Positions 60,242-64,000 of a stretch of 64,000 nt of DNA are shown here, one piece after another. Origin of the DNA: Anolis carolinensis (lineage: Eukaryota); assembly GCF_035594765.1 (NCBI RefSeq), contig NC_085844.1:197052107-197116106 (forward strand), in the 5' to 3' direction. The notes under the pieces were generated by a model. The model ran no database searches. It had not been told where the DNA came from and saw only the letters and a program-made list of their open reading frames with translations. Each line of letters begins with the position of its first letter. The first letter of the stretch is position 1. The position numbers were made by a program, and so were the translations under genes.

Positions 60242-62955
60242 TTCCCAGCCTAAGTCCTTGAGATAGTTTAGAAAAGTGACTACTTTTGCCCAAATTCTTT
60301 TTACTAATGTGACCAGCAGCTAGGGAATCTCTAATCCAAAAAAGTTACATGACCAAACTCTCTGCTTTGATGTAGGGTCACTGTGCTGCTCTCTGTCTCT
60401 TTCCCAGACTGGCAACAGATGGCACTTGCTTCACCTTTCTCGAAGAGGGGCGCTTGTTGTCTCCAAGTCCCCACTTCTAAAAATAAGCTAAATGCCCTTA
60501 GCACCTGAGGGACAGAGAGTATCTTTTACCACCAAAGAAAGCTGGGGTTGCCTTGTCATAGGGTAGAAATAAATAGTAACTGTATATGGCAAGGAAGAGA
60601 TGAGAATTGGTAAAGAAGGAATCCTGAGCCAGAAAGGTATTTGATGCATTTTCCTGTACACCAGCGCCTGGAGCTGGACTTTGACCTTTGTCTGTTTTGT
60701 AAAACTGTGTACCATTTGCAGGTGACCTTAGCCCTTTCTTTGAGCAGGACCTACATGAAGCAGCCAGGTCCAGTCTCCAGTTTCAGCTATGTGGTGGTTA
60801 GTCTTGTTCAGCAGGATATCTCTGAATGTTTAAAGCTTTGTGATAAGCATTTTCCTCAGAGCACTTCCTCCATTTCTTGCAAGGCTGTTGGACTGCAAGG
60901 CCCAAGAGCCTTAGGCAACAGTGTTTATGGTGGGACACACTGGGAATTGCAGTCTTAAAATAGCAGACTAGCAACTGGAGGGATGCATGATTTCCTGCCT
61001 GCGTGCAATGTTACCAATCGTAATTTTTCATGCTGATTTTTACTAACTGGATTAGGTATACTATCAAGGAATGTCCCTCTAGATCTCCTTATAAAGTTCA
61101 AGGGGATGGTGAAGTATTATAACTGTGTGCCACATGCAGCTCTTGAATTGGGATGGCCCTTGAAGTTAAGAACATCTTTCTTTGAAGAAATGTTCCAGCA
61201 GAGTACCTAAGGGAAAGTAGTTAAATCCCAGACCTGATCTAAGAGCAGTCTTAACACAACCTTCTATATGAGGTTACTATTAGATATTTTAGATTATAAC
61301 TTCCATCTTCTCAAATAACTGGCTATGCCCTTTGAGGCTGATGGAAGCTCTAGTTTGGGAGGGATCATGTTGTGGAAGACTGGTCCAGTGTCACAACTGA
61401 AATTCTTGTCAGCCATCCCCATTTATTTTGACAAGATTCTTTGCATGGGAAAACTGAATTATTTTATGTCAGTATTATTTTACTATTTGCAAACAGTTTG
61501 GCTTTATTGTGCAGTCTCATCACTTCACATTCAGGCTACAAGTGGGAGTTCATATAGTAGAAAAGCTCCTGCATTTTCTGTGTGAGTGGTGGGGAGGGCA
61601 TAGGGCTAGCCAACAGTCTTCCTTTTGACATCTAAATTTCTCTGCGCTGGGGATATGGGATCTCCCACCTGCCACATAGACATGATCAGGTTCAGACAAT
61701 CATATCAATAATTAATAATCCAGGTTATTAACGAGTCTTTTGGATATACAGAAAGCTTCTTTGTTCCTACTTTCACAGGCTAAGCAAGTAAACCAGGAAG
61801 ACTCTAATTCGGAGGTGGAGAAACGTGTTTTTTTTTTTTTAATTTGTAGAATTCAGTTTCACTGAATGTTTAGTTTGCTTCATTTCATTGCTGTGCATGG
61901 ATGAAAATGAGAGGGCATGACTGAATAATACCAGCATATTGTAACCCAATGTGCTTGCTGTCAGTAAGTCTTGGGAGCCAGCAAATCTGAGACGGCATCA
62001 TGGAGGATGTGGATGTGACATCAGAATAGTCCCTGGGAGACTGGATGGATTCTGACTTCAGGGCTTGAGCCCCAGCTCTCCTCCATTCTCTAATTAATCA
62101 CAATATCTTGGACTAGGAAATCATGACAGCCAGCTTTGGAACAAGCCAGATTGTTGAATCATGGTTTGAAGTAGCTTAATATCCTGGCTGAAACTCAATA
62201 CTATCTCAATTTAGATGAAACAAGAAATTGGCATATTTGTGTGTTACATTTTTGTCTTGCCTAAGAGCCAGTAATTTTTGGGCACTTTACAAATTAGAGC
62301 TGAAACCATTAATTCTGAAAACTACAGAGAATGAAAGCCTTGAAAAGTAAAACACAGCCAACTACAAAACAAAGCAAAAACAAATGCGGGTTCAGTAACA
62401 AAGTCCAAAGCATCACTACAGGTGTTTGGGTTTTTTTTAAAACTTGTGCTGAGAAGGAATCGTTTGCTGGAGAAAAAGCTTGTTGATATCATGGCTTATT
62501 AAGCTGTGATATGATCCTCCAAATTGAAGTCATATCTATTATTTATATGTGTGTGGCACTGCCAGAGATGGGAAGTACTACTCAGCACAAGGGTATTTAA
62601 AAGTAACCACATGGATACTTTGTTGAAATGACTCCAAAGGAGGTTACTGCTTAGATGGGACTTTTTTTTATTTGCAGAAATAGAGCTGACTCTATCAACA
62701 GTTGTCCAAAAGTGCCTTTTGCAAGCTCTGAGGTGGTTGCACTGCAATTGCTGCTTCCCTCCCCTCCCCCCCCCCCCCCCCCAAAAAAAGGAATACATTT
62801 TGCTAATAGAAGAAAATATTCTAATGACATCTGGTTCTGGAGCAATTCAAAAAGATTCAGCCTCAATTTTGACAATTCCAAACAAACCCCACTGAGCTCA
62901 TTGTGGCATATTTCTGAGCAAGCATGCTACCGGTTGCACTACATGTTACTCTAAC

Positions 62956-63090
62956 CAGTGGTTCTCAACCTGTGGGTCCCCAGATGTTTTGACCTTCAAC
63001 TCCCAGAAATCCTAACAGCTGGTAAACTAGCTGAGATTTCTGGGAGTTGTAGGCCAAAACACCTGGGGACTCACAGGTTCAGAACTACTG
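62956..63090. mobile_element. hAT MITE with SPIN/URR1-like TIRs
   Basis: cagtggttctcaacctgtgggtcccca...tggggactcacaggttcagaactactg palindrome. Confidence 0.85.
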
Positions 63091-63413
63091 CTTTAAACCA
63101 AGACCTTAGAGAGGTTAGAAAAATAACACAGATGATCACTATAGATTTCCCGTAGTTTTTTTCTAGAAAAACTAGAAAACAAGGACTAAATTAGAATTTT
63201 ATCAGAAATTTCATGTGAATAATCTTTACCTTCCTGAATCATCAATAGCCTCAAAATACCTTTCATTGAAGGTTTTGAACAGTGATGGGCAAATGCCGTC
63301 CTCTAGACATTTTGTTTGTTTTTATTTCTTAGCCTGCCAGGGCTTCCAAGATGATGTACTACAAATAAAAAACAGATGAAACAAGTAAAATACTATTTGA
63401 GAATGGACTAAAC

Positions 63414-64000
63414 CAGTGCTTCCCAAACTTATTTGGCCTACCGCCCCCTTTCCAGAAAAAATATTACTCAGCACCCCCTGGAAAGGGGGCGTGGCTTAGA
63501 GGGGTGGGCGTGGCTCCTGCTCAAGAGGGCGGGGCTGAGCCTCTCCCCCAGTCCAAGATGCAGGGATGGGAGGGGGAGGGGAGGTGGGCAGGGCCACAAA
63601 TGGGCGGCCAGGACTGGGATGGGCGGAGTTACGAGCACTGAGGCAGGGCTGAGCTTCTATCCCTGTCCTGTAGCACCTGCGAGGATACAGGGGGCAGGGC
63701 TAGAGGAGGGGCGGGGCCTCTTCCCAAGTGCCTGATGGGGCTGAACCTCTATACCCTGCCCCTGTGTTCTAAAAAGCGCCTCAGAGGAGGTATACAGAGG
63801 TTCAGCTCTGTCTCACGCTCTTGGGAGGAGGCCCTGCCCCCACCCCTAACCCTGCCCTTTAATCCTAAAAGATCTCTCAGGAGAGGTATAGAGGCTCAGC
63901 CCTGTCTCGGGCTCTTGGAAGGAGGCCCCCCTTACCCTAGCTCCGCCCTCTGTGTCCTAAAAGATCTCTCAGGAGAGGTATAGAGGCTCAGCCCTGTCTC
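63414..64000. mobile_element. hAT non-autonomous element with internal ~95-bp tandem repeats (runs off window)
   Basis: Left end is the same as 30011-30200; ctcag(a)ggag(a)ggtata(ca)gagg(c/t)tcagc recurs at ~63780, 63877 and 63968. Confidence 0.88.

Overview
Vertebrate genomic DNA, squamate and most likely Anolis judging by its repeat complement (inference): Sauria-type SINE, CR1, L2, RTE, Penelope, L1, hAT/Harbinger/Tc1-mariner MITEs and a Helitron. No host protein-coding exon could be recognised. The centre holds a CpG-island promoter region (~30.9-32.8 kb, with a second CpG-rich patch at ~34.0-34.5 kb) carrying apparent non-coding first exons on the + strand, followed by a long first intron with repeat-free, enhancer-like blocks. 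A TATA + HNF1/HNF4/FOXA liver/gut-type promoter candidate lies ~20 kb upstream (11.2-11.8 kb). Large mobile elements are a full-length L1 (16.0-22.26 kb; ORF1 intact, ORF2 with 3 frameshifting lesions), a 5'-truncated L2 with an open 2.6-kb ORF (39.0-41.8 kb), two Penelope insertions with hammerhead-ribozyme-like motifs, a multi-layer transposon nest (27.4-30.8 kb) and a 1090-bp solo LTR (44492-45581, 5-bp TSD). The most unusual signal is in that LTR. Its U3 is one reading frame, open from the LTR start to the TATA box with a single internal stop, and encodes three acidic repeats. One repeat carries STDEESFEGF, a match to the LEDGF/p75 / TFIIS-N-domain-binding FxGF motif, so this is a candidate chromatin-tethering module encoded in a retrotransposon LTR.
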